Positions 1 to 12,813 are shown, numbered from the stretch's first letter. The stretch is 36,535 nt of DNA from Paraglomus brasilianum (GCA_910592345.1 CAJVPI010000290.1:1-36535); one strand, 5' to 3'. The notes: generated by a model from the sequence alone, not told the origin. Program-made: numbers and translations.

Positions 1-77
1 GGCGCCACGCTCCGTCGAGACTAGTTAAATCCCAAGTGTCGATTACTTTCTGCTCTCCCGCAGTAGTCGGCACGACA
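1..77. mobile_element. Possible terminus of an LTR-type insertion interrupting the kinase-associated gene
   Basis: Abrupt switch to GC-richer sequence that ends ...GGCACGACA at 77 (TGTCGTG... on the minus strand, a TG...CA LTR-like end) right after codons TAT GGC TGC. The other end and the TSD lie outside the window. Confidence 0.3.
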
Positions 78-1236
78 GCAGCCATACCTTAATAATGATG
101 TCTCTTGTATGCCAGTGAGTTGAGAGTACTTGATCCATTGTATATAACTGTCAAATACATTCATTGTATTACTCCATGATTTCATTATAAACAAGTCCAG
201 AGACTTATTGCCAGTAGTCCAATCAATAGGTCTTGGTGCCTTGCATTCAAAACAGAATGCACTTATCCTGTGATCTAGATGTTTTGTACATCCCAGGCAT
301 ATGCCAATTCCATCCTTGATTCTAATCAGAAAATAACCTTTATGATATGTAAACCCAATGGTAATCCAAACGTTTTTGTCAAGCATATCTGGATACTTTT
401 CACACAACTAGTAGAAATCATTATTGGTTAAAAAGGATCAATGAAATACATTGAAAAACCCATGAATTTACCTTGTGATAGTACAAGTCATCTGTGCTTT
501 CAGATATTTCAAGTGAAATCAATTCTACTTCTTCACTAGTAGGTAGACCGTTCATATGTACATGCTTTCGATATACATTTACTTTCAACAGATCATATGG
601 AATCCATTCCAAATAAGCTTCATTTGCTGATTTTGTCTGGTTCTGCGATTTCCTGATAAATTCGTCAAGTTTCTTATTGTTACTCGTCCACCCACTCGAT
701 AACTCTTTGTGACCACAAATACACCATACAGGACTGCATCTAAGTATCCCGCATGCAGAACAGAATTCATAAAGCGAATAGAAATAATGGAAAAGCCGTC
801 TGCCCATCAGACAGTATTTATCTCCATACTTGGTGAATGCTTTCAACAATTTATTACGTTGCATAAGCCATGTCAAGTATCTTCTATACTGATCGATGTC
901 AGATAAATTTGTAGAGTCATGTATCAAAAGTGAATACTGCCTGGAAAACTCCTGTATAAACGATGGTGTACATTCATCAATATTTCCAAGCGGCAGCAAA
1001 ACTACGGTTCCATATTGTAATTTGTAGTATGTACCATAGTATATGGCTTTTTCGGGAGAAACCTGAATCAAGTTTTTAACTTTGACCTTTGTGGGAGGAA
1101 CCCATCCAAGATGTTCTTCAGCCGGATCATCATTGTGAAGAGTCTTAAACGACTCGATGAGTTGGTCAATTGCAGGGCACCCGGAACTAGTTTCGCTGAT
1201 CTGCAGATCTTTAGTAGTCGATACTAAGGACTTCAT
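21..1236 (-). CDS. Spliced gene with repeated zinc-ribbon + WT(S/T)GN-LDxFI-WI modules typical of the N-termini of Glomeromycotina/Mucoromycota TKL kinases; 3' end truncated or disrupted
   Basis: ATG at 1236 (MKSLVSTTKDL), exon 1236-472, phase-0 GT-AG intron 471-408 (CACAAG|gtaaat...ctactag|TTGTGT) joining the two ORF-track pieces. Three module copies: SSGCPAIDQLI..LGWVP, CSAC..CICG..WTSNNKKLDEFIRKSQ..YLEWIPY and CLGC..CFEC..WTTGNKSLDLFIMKS..YIQWIKY. No kinase catalytic motifs are inside the window; frame stops at 21-23. Confidence 0.7.
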
Positions 1237-2017
1237 AGGGATGGGCGACGATATTTTTTTCAAGGGGGTAGGTAATTGTAATATATCGCTTATACCGTGA
1301 TTACATCTTGGTGTAACAATCAGTATACAACAAGTATATATGATATGACGTTGTCCAAAAAAGAGAGGAGATAGTAATAGGCAAACCTTCCACTCAAATT
1401 ACATCACATGCAGTTATACCAGTATTATTCACACAAAAATGACAACGACCGCCTTGTAAGTCTTTTGGAATTTGTACTTCGCGCGCGCGTCTATTAATCT
1501 ATTAAATTGGGCCTTCTTCCGACTTTTGCATTCGGATCGATTACACACTCTGAGGCGTAGTAGTAGCTTAATGTAATTTCAATTCAAAAGTTAAAAATGT
1601 TTGTCGGTTGGTGCTGAGACATCTACGAATGCGTTGGCATTATTAAACTTTGAATAAAGATACACATTTATCACGTGAGAAGTTCTGTGAGCGAAACAGT
1701 AAATCTTATGTATGATGCTCTACTCTTTTCTTCATTTCACAAGGTTTCGTTATTCCAATTTCCCTCTACTATACTCATCACAACCCACCATCACTGAACG
1801 TTTGTTAATTTAGATAATTTATTTATTTATTTATTTATTTAGTTATTTACAATTGATACATGTACATAATACATAATACATAAATATATCAACTAATAAT
1901 CGTTGTTAGGAGTCAACTCATGTGTACTAGGAAAGAGGTCGCCACCTTAAGCCGAGATTCGTCTTGTTCTTTAATAAACGAACCAAATAACTTTCATCGG
2001 GTGCTGTTCAAGGAAAG

Positions 2018-2535
2018 TCCTTCACATGGAATTTTTCCACTGGAGATTTCCCATATGTTTTTTACATATGGGACTTTGTAATCTCCAGGTCTAACTTGTA
2101 CTTGTCTTTCCATTTTAAAGCGTCCCCGCATGCAAAGTTCCACCATCAGCAAATTCAAAGATCATATGATAATCATCTGTTTAGATTTTAGATTTAGGTC
2201 AGAGTCAGCTTTCAATTAAATTATCAAGCGATATCGACATTGATATTCAACATAACCATATGTTTCTCTACATACCCTTTGAAAAAAGTCTCCTCGTTGC
2301 AGGCATATAAATTGGAAAATCCAGAGTGTTCCATGTTGGATTTATATACTATTAAAAGTGAGAAGTAGTATATGTTAATATTGTTTATAACATCGTCGTC
2401 AAGTTGCCTTCTACACCAGTGATAAATCCAACGAAGCGCAAGCGAAAGACACTACAAGCATGTGCAAATTATACCAACCTCTGGATTTATTTCTCGAGCA
2501 AGTGTCAGCGAAAAAATTGTTGCCGTTGTGAACAT
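2018..2535 (-). pseudogene. Heavily deleted tyrosine-kinase-like (TKL) protein kinase relic
   Basis: Minus-strand fragments in kinase order: YHMIFEFADGGTL (hinge, about 2170-2133), LKWKDKYKLDLEIT (about 2118-2077), IWEISSGKIPCEG (2056-2018). The HRD/DFG/APE region is missing and the frames are broken. Putative ATG at 2535. Confidence 0.7.
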
Positions 2536-3610
2536 GAGTATTTGCGGTTTAAAGAATAGAATGTTTTAGGGAGGGGCTGATGGGGTTTGTGTCAGAAATG
2601 CTTTGCGGTATATGATATATATGCAGAATAAAAGAATGCCTGGGAACCTCACTAATAATGCATGCCCCGAACAATAAATTTCAAGGGACATTGCGCCATA
2701 CATTTAAAAAAATTTTTTTTAACTTAATTATTTATATGGTAATTGAACAATAAGCAAATTTTCCGCTGCACTTATCTTTGTATGCATTTACATATCCACC
2801 CACCCCATAATACGTCATATCGGACCTATCTGCATATTATCGCATACAGTGGAACGGTTGCGTTACAAATAGAGGAAAGCCTCATGAAATCCATGTATCT
2901 GCTGATCATTTTTCAATGACATGTTCCGGTGTGGGGAAAAAAGAAATACATTTCTGCAAAAACGTTTCATCTGTCTCTGTGTGTTTGATTGGCTGACCAA
3001 AATTCCATTAATTTATGGCCGGCATAAGATTTAGAATACAGAAGTTTCGATAAACGCGGCGTAGCCGTTTACAATTTAAATTGATTTCGGCAAATAAAAC
3101 TTTCTCTAGATATTCGGTGTCCCTTACTTCTTGTCATTATTATTATTATGGTGCAAGAACATCTAAAAACCGAACAGTCCGTTCTGCAAGATCACTTATC
3201 ACATGACATTTACCCAATAAAATTATCTGAAATCAGCTTTATTTTGAAAATTACAACATTCCGATCCCTGTGTAAGAGCAAAAACTTTAATGTTGGACTC
3301 GGAAATTAATGTTGCAGATTGAACAGCACATACTTACCTTTGTAATGCATTTAAGAAAATTGATCGAACTAATTTGTTCGTAATTCCTCCTGTGCGATTT
3401 ATATTTTCTAGCAACATATTCCGCTAACTTATCTGTAACTCCAATAAATGCTAAACTTATCGCTTTATTGGATAATGGAATGGTACGAAAAAAGGCGCAC
3501 AAACTGGACGTCGTTTTTCCTTAAGAAACTGTTGCCAGTTATTCTCTAAACCCTCTAATATAAAGGCCTTAGGGCTTTGAAGGTTGGGTATTTATTTCGG
3601 GCCTACACCA

Positions 3611-4270
3611 TACACGGACCAAAAGTATATTGGGCACACAACGATGATCGAATAAAATTTGCATTATTTTTCAAACGTAATTTATTCTATCCTACAATGA
3701 CATCTTTTTTCTTGACTTCAACTTTCAGTGAAAAAACTCGAGATTTGAGCGTGGCATGGTTGTTGGTCTTCACAAGGCAATCAGACATCGAAGAACGATG
3801 TAATAAAAAGGTTTGGAAGAGATCAGACTGTATCTAATGCCATTGATAAGCGTCATTTCATTTGTACTGCGGTTACCAATCGGAAGGATACCGCAAAAAA
3901 ATTCAATAGTCTCGGGCTGACTCAAATTAGTACGAAGACTGCAAGACGTGTTCTACATGAACAAGGGTATTCCAGCCGCATTGGTAGAAAAAACCGCTGG
4001 TTCGGCTAAAGTGGTGTAAAGAACGAAGACAATGGAGTGAAGAATGGAATAACGTTATTTGAGCGATGAATCGCTTTTTTTTGTATGAAAATAATGGCAG
4101 ACATCGTGTATGACGTGGCGAACAGTATGATGTAGACTGCATGTTTTCTACTGTAAAAGTGGTAACAAAGGCATTATGGTTTGGGGTTGTTTTACGAAAA
4201 AGAGACTTGGCCCTTTAGTAGTTGTTGATCAATTACAGCAAACACATATAAAATTCTGTTAGAAGAGCTT
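3611..4270 (+). mobile_element. Degenerate Tc1-like DNA transposon (transposase pseudogene)
   Basis: Broken + strand translation: ISTKTARRVLHEQGYSSRIGRK, RLKWCKERRQWSEEWNNVI(W)SDES, IMVWGCFTKKRLGPLVVVD, ITANTYKILLEE, i.e. the Tc1 WSDES and MVWG motifs. TIR-like TACACGGACCAAAAGTATATTGGGCAC at 3611-3637; right end not found. Confidence 0.85.
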
Positions 4271-5183
4271 TTGTACAAAGTCTTAATGATGACAATAATG
4301 CTGATCGAGCGTTAAAAATAGACCTAATTTTTTTACTAACATGATACGGTGCGATAAGTAAACTTGTTCACGATATCTATATGCATACACTCAAAGATAA
4401 AGATTTCGAAAATTTACGTTAAAACTTTTGTTATAATGTAACTCAAAGAAGCTAATTGCGTCATTAAGTAAAAAGATTTTTTACATTTCAAAATATGTAA
4501 ATTAAAATTTGTGACGATTTGGTTTCGATTCATTGATAGTCGAAAATGTAAATTTTTCTAAAATTTGACTTTTTGTAATTATATTGTTATGTACTCGCCA
4601 GAATCCAGTCACATTTCACAATTAGACGCGTCTTTTTGTTGTTAATAACTTTTATTAATACGTATTTGTTTACTAAAAAACGGGTTAAAAAGTTTTTATA
4701 TAAGTAACTTGGTTATCCAACACGAAATTTTGTACTTTGTATCTGCGCTTCTAATATTGTATTCAGTATTAGTATTATTTCAAACTTTCCTATAGTTTAT
4801 CGGGCGGGACATGTTGATTGTTAAGAGGCATACAATATGACTACATTTTATTAATTTATGAAAAGTAAGAGTGTTAGTTAAGGGATTCACTCAAATCTTT
4901 ATAATTACGGTGGCTTACTGTAGGCATGTTTATGTGTCCTACGACTTCTGCGACGGGTAATTTTAAACATTCTGTCTGCATCTTGAAGACGGCAATAGGA
5001 AATACTATAGAGAGCAGCATCAACAGTGTAACTCTTTAATCGTTGACCCAGAAAATAAAAAGCATTATTTGTCAAATTTAGCTTTTTTGCCCACAGCCAT
5101 CTAAATTATAATACATAAGTTTATTATTTAATTTATGAATACAACTTTGTAACTCTTCATTGATGCTGACGACATCCGGTTAG

Positions 5184-6115
5184 ACCCTAAAAATACACGC
5201 ACAAAGCTACAACATTTGCTGTAGCTTAAAAATAGAATTGTAGATATCAGAACAACAATAGCTACATAATTATCCTAAAATAGATGTATTATAGGTATAC
5301 AGAACAACAATCACTACATGGGTTATCTTAAAAATAGACGAACAAACAGACATTAACACTACAGATTGCATAGTCGGTGATATGAACTCTATCATATGAG
5401 GTATACGCGTGCATTCCCCTGCGTTTCATCGATAATTTCTTCGTAGAATATCTAATCATTATAAATTGTATAATTATTTGCAGCAAATTAGTATTTAAGA
5501 GTTAATATTATTAATGTCGAAGTATATTATATTTTGTTACTAATCTCAGTATTATTCCAAATTCCGATCTGACATACAACATGTTTTAGGATAATCATGC
5601 AGCTATTGTTGCTCTGCATGCTACATCAACTCTATTTGAGTCACAATTATAACAATATTGCAATTGATTCCCTTTATACATGTAGCTATTTATTGTTGCC
5701 ACAATTCTATTTCAAGTATGCAGCAAATGTTGTAGCTGATTCTGTTTTGTGCATATATTTTAGCAATAGGATACATCTATGAAGTCATATGGGTGAATTG
5801 TTAGTTGCGAAAGTGTATTAATAAACTTAGTGGCCACAAAAGCTTCACTTGTGCCGAACAGTGCAGTTAATAACAAAGCTGTAGTTGATACTTGTTCTGT
5901 ACATCTATTTTTAGGATATATAATGTAGTTATTGCGGGGTTTGGCATATGATATATCCATATATTAAGCAATGACAAATCGTCTTCATTAATGCTGTAAT
6001 GCACGCATATGTAGTTATTGCATATTGACTTATCCCTATTTCTAATCAGTTAAAGCCTCAATCATGATAATGGTGTTGTAACTTACCTGTATGTACATCT
6101 ATTTTAGGGACAATC
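5184..6115. repeat. Degenerate inverted-repeat (foldback-like) structure built from short subrepeats
   Basis: 5184-5290 is the imperfect reverse complement of 5581-5765 (e.g. gctacaacatttgctg / cagcaaatgttgtagc; tatcctaaaa / ttttaggata). 5320-5375 matches 5878-5935 inverted. The subunit catctattttagg recurs at about 5902 and 6096. Confidence 0.6.
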
Positions 6116-6733
6116 ATCAATCGTAGGTTTCGAACTTTATTATTTAAAGTTCTAGCATCCCGCTTAGTTCTAACAATAAAGTTTGTCACATATTCGATAA
6201 GTAAATTGTCATATCAGTTTGAGAAAACAAACGCTATTGAAACACTTTTGAAAAATTTATAATAAAGCCCTCATCTCTTGCGCAATTTTTTCTAGCAAAC
6301 AATTTTTACGCAAAATGATTATTTTTAAACATTGTGCCTTATCGTGCCCATAACCCGTACGCTTGATTGGAAAAAACAAGAATCCGACAGCGATTAATTG
6401 AACAGAAAACCAACCAATTGTCGCTATACGAGGAGCGCTTGAATCTGTGAGAAGTGATGTAAGGATTATATTATTAGATCTTGCTTTAATAACAAGGGAT
6501 GAGAATATGATAGCATCAGGTGTGGTGAATATCACGTTTGTCAGTGATGGTAAGGCAATGGTTCATATGTCGAAGAACGAGGCACCTTTTTACAGCATAA
6601 TCTGTAAATAAATCTTTATTTAAGTTAAAAGCACCTGTCGAGATAATTAAGAATATCTATACATTACAAACAAAGTGGTTGGACCGCGAATTAATGCCAT
6701 TGACTAATAATTGTCCACATAACCATAATCATT

Positions 6734-8961
6734 CTACTTCCTCTTCTTAAAAGTTAGAGGCAGAGGACCTATAGCGCTAAACCCGCGTTTTATAGGGTAC
6801 TTCGGCCGTTTTCCGTCAAGAGTGCTAATCTCGTACTTTCTAATAAGTATTGACATTGCCATCTTAATGTTCCTACTAGCTAACCATCTACCCGGACATG
6901 CATGTTTTCCTAGCCCAAAAGCCATCGAGTCCCTACCGACTCTAGCGAATGGAGACTTGCTGACGTGTCGAAATCCAGAAAACGTCTCCGGATTATCACC
7001 GTGCAGAGAAGAATTGGACATGTGGGCGAGGTTGTTCATCAATACCAGGCGACCTAATATCAAGAAAGGTCATTTATAGTGATCGAACACTTATTTGAAC
7101 AATAAATAGAGACTAGACAAATAACATACCTTTGGGAACTTGATACCCATTACTGAACGTAAAAGACGGACACATTGCACAATGAGAGGGAGCGTTACTG
7201 GATGCGATAAACCAATAATTGAGAGTATTTGGAGAGAGAAAGAGAGAGTATAATTGAAAACGTAACAAATAACATCCGGCGTCTATTGCTATCAACGAGT
7301 CATACTTACTGATATGCCCTATCAGACGATTAGATTCTTTGACAAAACTATCCAATTTCTCCATTCGGTCCATAGTCAAGTCAAAATCAAGACCGTCTGT
7401 TGTGACCTCTTGTTCTTTTCTCAGATCATTCCAGTACTCAGACCTTCCCGCGTAATCTAATTGACAAACCATATCACGTGTTCAACATCTTTTCTGTAGT
7501 TTTCTCGTATTTATCTCGTGACTAACATACCATTGAGCGTGTTTAAAAGATTTTCGCTAGTAGTATGGATCGAAGCCCACACAAGCATTAGCATATGACA
7601 TGCTATGCAGTCGTAGTGAATTTTACCAAACAAGTCAATGGAATATTCCAATAGGAGTTGAATTAGATCATCCTGTGAAATATGTACGGTCATACAATTA
7701 ATGGACATTGATAACAGGGGAAACCCGATTTTGTCAGTTGGCTGACTTACGGGACGCTTCCATTCATTTCCAAACTGTTGCATGTCCTGATAGCGTTTCT
7801 CGAAAATAGGCTTTAACTTTTTTGTCAAAAGGTCCTTATGCTTTTGCGGTGAATTGTCTCCATATTTAAAGACTAATCTGAATAAAGTGTGCATTGATAT
7901 GATATTAATTAATTTAATCGATTGAACAAATGCCAGTCAGAAATCTCGAATTATCGCATCACGTACTTGATGTATTTCGTTTGGAGACGAGGATGAATAA
8001 GGTACGCGATCGAAGAAAGTTTTTTGACTCGTATTAGAGTAGTAGCAAACGTCGCAAACACTTTTACGATCTCGTCATCCTTGCACAGTTCCTAAAAGAC
8101 AAAAAGGTATCACTATGCGATTTAATCTGACACTACGTGTCACGCACTTTATGACAAATATAATATCCCTACTTCGCCAACGAAGAGATTTGCCATTGCC
8201 CGTGCGATAATGGTCATTGAAATTTTGTCAAAGTTGATAATCAACTTGGGTTCCTCACAGTCACCAATTAACTGATCGATACTATGTTGTAATTCACGAT
8301 AGATACGCAAATAACAATCGTCAGCATGCTTGTAAAACTCCTTGAATAACTTGGCTGTATGTCTGGGGTATGCGTTTAATCCGATAATGTCACCAATCGG
8401 GAACGTCTGACAAACATAAACATAGCGTGAATTATTATGACAACGATGGTGATGGTGGCGGAGCAAAAAAGATAGCAGTTCAAGCAACTTACACGCTCAA
8501 GCCCCTTCTTGAAACTGAAATTAGTTGATCTAAACATCTCGTATGCTAAGTCATTGCTGACGATAGCACTTCACGAAATAAGTACAATGAAAACATGTCT
8601 CCATACTAAAAAATCAATGGAGTTAGAATACCATGTATTAAACAAGAATAACATGACCCTTATTATTATCGTAGCTAAAATACCTGCTCGTGACATTTTT
8701 TCAGAAGGCCTTTGGAGTCTCGCAGGTACTCAAGAGTATGGCCTATTAGTGGATACTTGTAAGGTACTAAAGGAGGCTCATTCTATTCGATTGAAAGTCA
8801 AGTAAAGTAGTTGTATCACCGAAAGATATTAGCATGTATACGCCAAATTTACTCACAAGCTTTGGACGACGACTCTAATAAACGAATACGGCAATGAATG
8901 CGCCAAGGCACAGTACGAGTACTTCAGGTGAGGTTAGCTTTAGTAATAACGAAGAGAACAT
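6734..8961 (-). pseudogene. Cytochrome P450 (10 exons), pseudogenised
   Basis: Exons 8961-8857, 8782-8684, 8605-8493, 8406-8173, 8091-7967, 7877-7751, 7672-7531, 7456-7310, 7197-7130, 7053-6734, all with GT-AG introns. N-terminal TM helix, NEPPLVPYKYPLIGH hinge, I-helix WASIHTT, ExxR (ESNR), heme motif FGLGKHACPG. Lesions: in-frame TAG at codon 29 (8875-8877), exon 3 is 113 nt (frameshift near 8565), exon 9 is 68 nt (likely +2 at about 7185). Confidence 0.9.
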
Positions 8962-9129
8962 GGTCAAAAGTTACAACAGATGCCCATTATACCATGCTGA
9001 ATGCACATATATTTATTAACCTAATTATCAGTTTCATCGTATCGTGTGCTTTACGATCTCCTGTTTGCTAACCTCAAAACCCCAAAAGAAGTTATTTTTG
9101 TGGTTAATCGTTTCGGCTAAAATTTCTTA

Positions 9130-9839
9130 CAAATGAAACTCGATAAGCCGAAGGTCGCGGGAAGGGACAATTTATTCGGCCTATCGAGATTTTCGTTTTA
9201 TCAATTTTCGCAATAAGCCGAATTTATGTATAGTTTACACAAGCTTTCGGCTTATAACAACACTATATATAAACTTTATTAATGATGCTATAACATATTC
9301 TGTTGTTTAGTCTCAATCGTTCTCTTAACTTTTTTAGATTAGATAAGAAGACAGTATCAACTTATCACAATCTTGAGTAATATACAGAAGCAAAGAATTG
9401 ACATGCTCAAGAGCTGACTATTTGAGGAGTCTTAAGTCGATTGTTGCAATAATAGACTCTGTTGTCGGCATATCCTGTACAGAGATAAAATCTTTCTGAA
9501 TTAACAAAGTCAGCCGCTTCCACTCTAACTTCTTCACGATCGATAGGAAATCGATTAACAAGTTCAATTAGCTCTGTATTTGTTGTTAAAACAACATTTT
9601 CTTCGGTTTTAATAGCCATCTTATTAGGTATAACACCCGTTTTTTGCCATGCGTGTGTTATGTCTGCGCTAATAGTATGTCTGATTTCGATCATGGGATT
9701 TAAGAATGAACCAATCAAGATAAATTTACGTGATTACTTGGTATCGAGATAAAATTATTATAGTCGGTTGGCCAAAAATCTTCGGCTTATCGTTTAACGC
9801 GAATTTACTAATTAATTTTGGCTTATCGAGTTTCACTTG
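9130..9839 (-). mobile_element. Internally deleted pogo/Tigger-like (Tc1/mariner superfamily) DNA transposon
   Basis: TIRs CAAATGAAACTCGATAAGCC (from 9130) and GGCTTATCGAGTTTCACTTG (to 9839), flanked by TA on both sides (9128-9129, 9840-9841). Several subterminal TTCGGCTTATCG-like repeats. Internal ORF 9407-9718 (ITHAWQKTGVIP..ELIELVNRFP..EAADFVN) resembles the post-DDE C-terminal region of pogo/CENP-B-type transposases. Confidence 0.8.
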
Positions 9840-10188
9840 TATTATGTAACAATTAATAATAATAATAATATGTAATAATTAATATTAATATTAATAATAT
9901 ATTGAGAGTTAAGAATTGAGGTGTGAGAGAAATTGAAATATTGATATAAGAACATATCGTACTCTTTCTCTCCTCCTTCTCCTTCTCCTCTCCTCTTCTT
10001 TAGAATGATGGCTGTAATGATGGTATTAATGAGGTGCTTGGCAGATATTGATGTTTAACAACGTTGCGTTGTACTAATTGTACTCTATTATTACTATATT
10101 TAGCTATTTAATAATAATTTTAAGAAATCCGAAGTGAATTACATAAGCAGTCAAAGAGCCAGTTAGTAATAGTAACCTTAATTCGGAT

Positions 10189-10485
10189 GTTCGGCAATAA
10201 TTATCGTTAAGGGTAATATTCAGTAATTTATTGCTCTACAATCGATTCTGAAATATTTTATTAGTAAGCAATTCACAACTCTTATAATCGATTTACGGCA
10301 GACAACAGTAACTCAAGCTTACAACGATTGATTCTTTTCAATTCGTAAAGATAACGGTTCGGCTATAATTATCACTAAGGGAGATGAATGTAAGTAATTC
10401 ACGGCTCTTATAATTGATTTACAGAAGATAACAATAACTTATACTTACAGCGATGAATAATTGTACGATCCTTTTTAATTTGTAA
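10189..10485. repeat. Imperfect tandem duplication, period about 168 bp
   Basis: gttcggcaataattatcgttaaggg...gtaagcaattcacaactcttataatcgatttac (from 10189) versus gttcggctataattatcactaaggg...gtaagtaattcacggctcttataattgatttac (from 10357). Confidence 0.7.
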
Positions 10486-10559
10486 CTAGATTAGTAAGAG
10501 ACTTGTGCGCAAGCTACACAACCTTTACTAAATCTTAAATATGTTAATCTCAACCAATT

Positions 10560-11180
10560 GACAGTACGTACTCCATATAGCCTCCAGCAAACTTGGTATA
10601 GCTTTAAATAGGGTTTTAAGTACTTTGTCAAAACAGCTTATAATACTTATACATAACGGTATTTTAGTTAACTGATATAAAGCTTTTCCTTTGGATATGC
10701 ATATGGCTGTATTGGTTGGGAGGCATTGAAATGGTAAATTGTATTGTCAGTACTAAGACAATGTTTAATAGTAATTCAGCATAGTTCATAAGTTTTGCTG
10801 AGTGTGCTTAACCATGATGTAGCAAATTTGACTAAAAGCTATCATTTCTTCACAGAAATTAATATATTGATTATGCGGCATATGTACAAGAAATAGCCAT
10901 CAATAGTTATCAGATGACAATATGCGATAAAGGTGTCTCTTAGCTACAAGAAAAGAGGACCATTATTCGGTACTAGTTATCCCAATAATTTCCATGCAAA
11001 TTATCGTACGATTAGGTTACATTGACAGTCTAACCTAATGCTAACGTATACCTAAGAAATTAGTAACTGTTCACCAAGCAGTCTCAAAGCAAAGTTTGAT
11101 TAATTTAGCAAGGATCAATTGCAATTGTAAGACAAACTGCTCTACAGCTCGATGTGCTTGTCATAAAGCTATGCTTAAAT
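10560..11180 (-). mobile_element. Possible highly decayed hAT-like transposase relic
   Basis: Scattered minus-strand fragments in hAT order: VCLTIAID (cf. first catalytic D), EIIGITS..NG (cf. TTDN), C...IINILI (cf. CxxH-xNL), LTKYLKP. Many stops and frameshifts; no TIRs seen. Confidence 0.3.
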
Positions 11181-11965
11181 GTAATTTAAACTGGCTGCAA
11201 TACTAATTGAATAGTAAATAAATTTTCTACAATATCGTATCGTTATTTAAGTTGTCATTGTTTGAGGAAATGTATCGCATAATTACGTGTATAATGAATA
11301 AATATTATTAGTTTAGTGATTTCCGCTACAAAATTAATTCCTCCCGATTAGTGAATAGAATTCTGAAATATAATAATTTTAGTTTCCTTAGCTAAGAGTA
11401 AAATTTTATTATATTAATACCATTAACCGAATGATTGATAGTAATTATACAAACAATCACTATCGAATTAGAGTCAATACTTCAAGTCTTATTTAGAAGT
11501 CTGAATCAAGCGACTCTTATAACACACACAACTAATAACTCGTCTGTAAGAATACAATACTTTTAATTAATACACATATGTAGTTGATACTGCTTAATAA
11601 TATTTTTTTTACGTTTTCAACTAGGCAACTAGAGGAGATGTTAACTGCTTGAGCAGCCCGCTTTTTGATAGAACCTAATTTATACTGACACCTTCCAAAT
11701 TTGGCGACTACGTCACAGTTTGTAAGGCAATAAATATCATTTGATTTGCGATTATATCAAGAGCCCTATCCAATATCCTGATACACAGTTCAAAAACATA
11801 GTCGATCCAGGGATCAATGCTTGACAACACCGACAATGTTTTTTCACATGATATTCTTCCCGTACATCAGCGTCAACTTTCAACTGACTTGAAATAAAAT
11901 ATTTGACACGATTTGATTTGTTTATTCTTGAGAAACTCTCACTTGAAGTTGCCAACCAAAATCAA

Positions 11966-12813
11966 TTGGAGAATTTTACTCGTGAACATTGTTACTTCGT
12001 TTTAGTTAAATAGACAAAAGGCACATATGCCACTGACGGGAGGCAATCATTTCATCGATAATCATTTCACCGACAAATATTCACCACCATTATTTCGAAG
12101 TTATCCTTTTTTGGTAGTTAATTGTCGGTGAAATGTACTTTCGGTGAAATGATTGTCGATGAAACAATACGGACCCGCCACTGACATACGCCAATAAGTG
12201 GTGAAAGGAAATAAAGTACTGCCTTTGCGTACCTTTTATCGCTTGATTAAAGCATTCGAGCACGGACAACAAGGCATTAAAGATGAAACATGCTATGCTT
12301 TAAACAGGCCTCGCGAAGCTGTCATAAAAATGATAATTACAAGTTTGAGCGATTGTTAATAATAACCGCCATTTAGCAACACAACAATTAGCTAATTTTC
12401 AGAGGGAATGAATTGATCATGTTCTTCGCTCAACCTGAGAAATTTTACAAAAATAGATTCTATGCTTTATACTGCACCACATATTTTAAACGGTCACTAA
12501 AGTATTTAAAAAGAAAGAGTTGATACTCTCCATTACCCACGTTATGGCCATATGACACCAGTGATTTTTTCTATTTCCCAAGATCAAGAAAGAACTTGAA
12601 AATAAAACGTATGAAAATCTCACGTTGGCTGTTCAGCCAATTACTTTCGGTATAGCAAAAGAGGACTACCATAGATCGAATTGGCGTAGGAGGCTACAAT
12701 TTTGCATAGATGAGATGGTGACTACTTTGAAGGAATGAAAAGTTTACTTCGATGTTGTAACATGAATGTTCTTAATAAAGTTTTTTTGCATTACTTTTCG
12801 GCCGCCCCATGTA
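11966..12813 (+). mobile_element. Internally deleted mariner-type transposon relic, interrupted by a MITE
   Basis: N-terminal HTH-like KGTYATD|IRQ*VVKGNKVLPLRTFYRLIKAFEHGQQGIKDE (frame restored by removing the MITE and one TSD). C-terminal SDF(F)LFPKIKKEL and WRRRLQFCIDE.GDYFEG. Right TIR TTGCATTACTTTTCGGCCGCCCCATG followed by TA (12812-12813). Confidence 0.85.
12038..12176. mobile_element. 139-bp Mutator-like MITE, copy 1
   Basis: GGG...CCC termini, perfect 9-bp TSD GCCACTGAC (12029-12037 and 12177-12185), inverted 15-bp subterminal repeats (catttcaccgacaat / attgtcggtgaaatg). Near-identical to 27832-28015 in the opposite orientation. Confidence 0.9.

Noticed and set aside
6822..8805. Plus-strand ORFs 6822-7079 and 8509-8805
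   Set aside because: Antisense shadows of P450 exons with no independent support.
9845..10005. TAA-rich and CTC/CTT low-complexity tracts (also TTTA at about 1817-1850 and TG at about 30116-30134)
   Set aside because: Ordinary microsatellites with no further structure.
11752..11955. Minus ORF with KKHCRCCQALIPGST, reminiscent of the RNase P Rpp21/Rpr2 motif
   Set aside because: TTG start, no second CxxC at the expected place, no convincing exon structure, and it lies between transposon relics.
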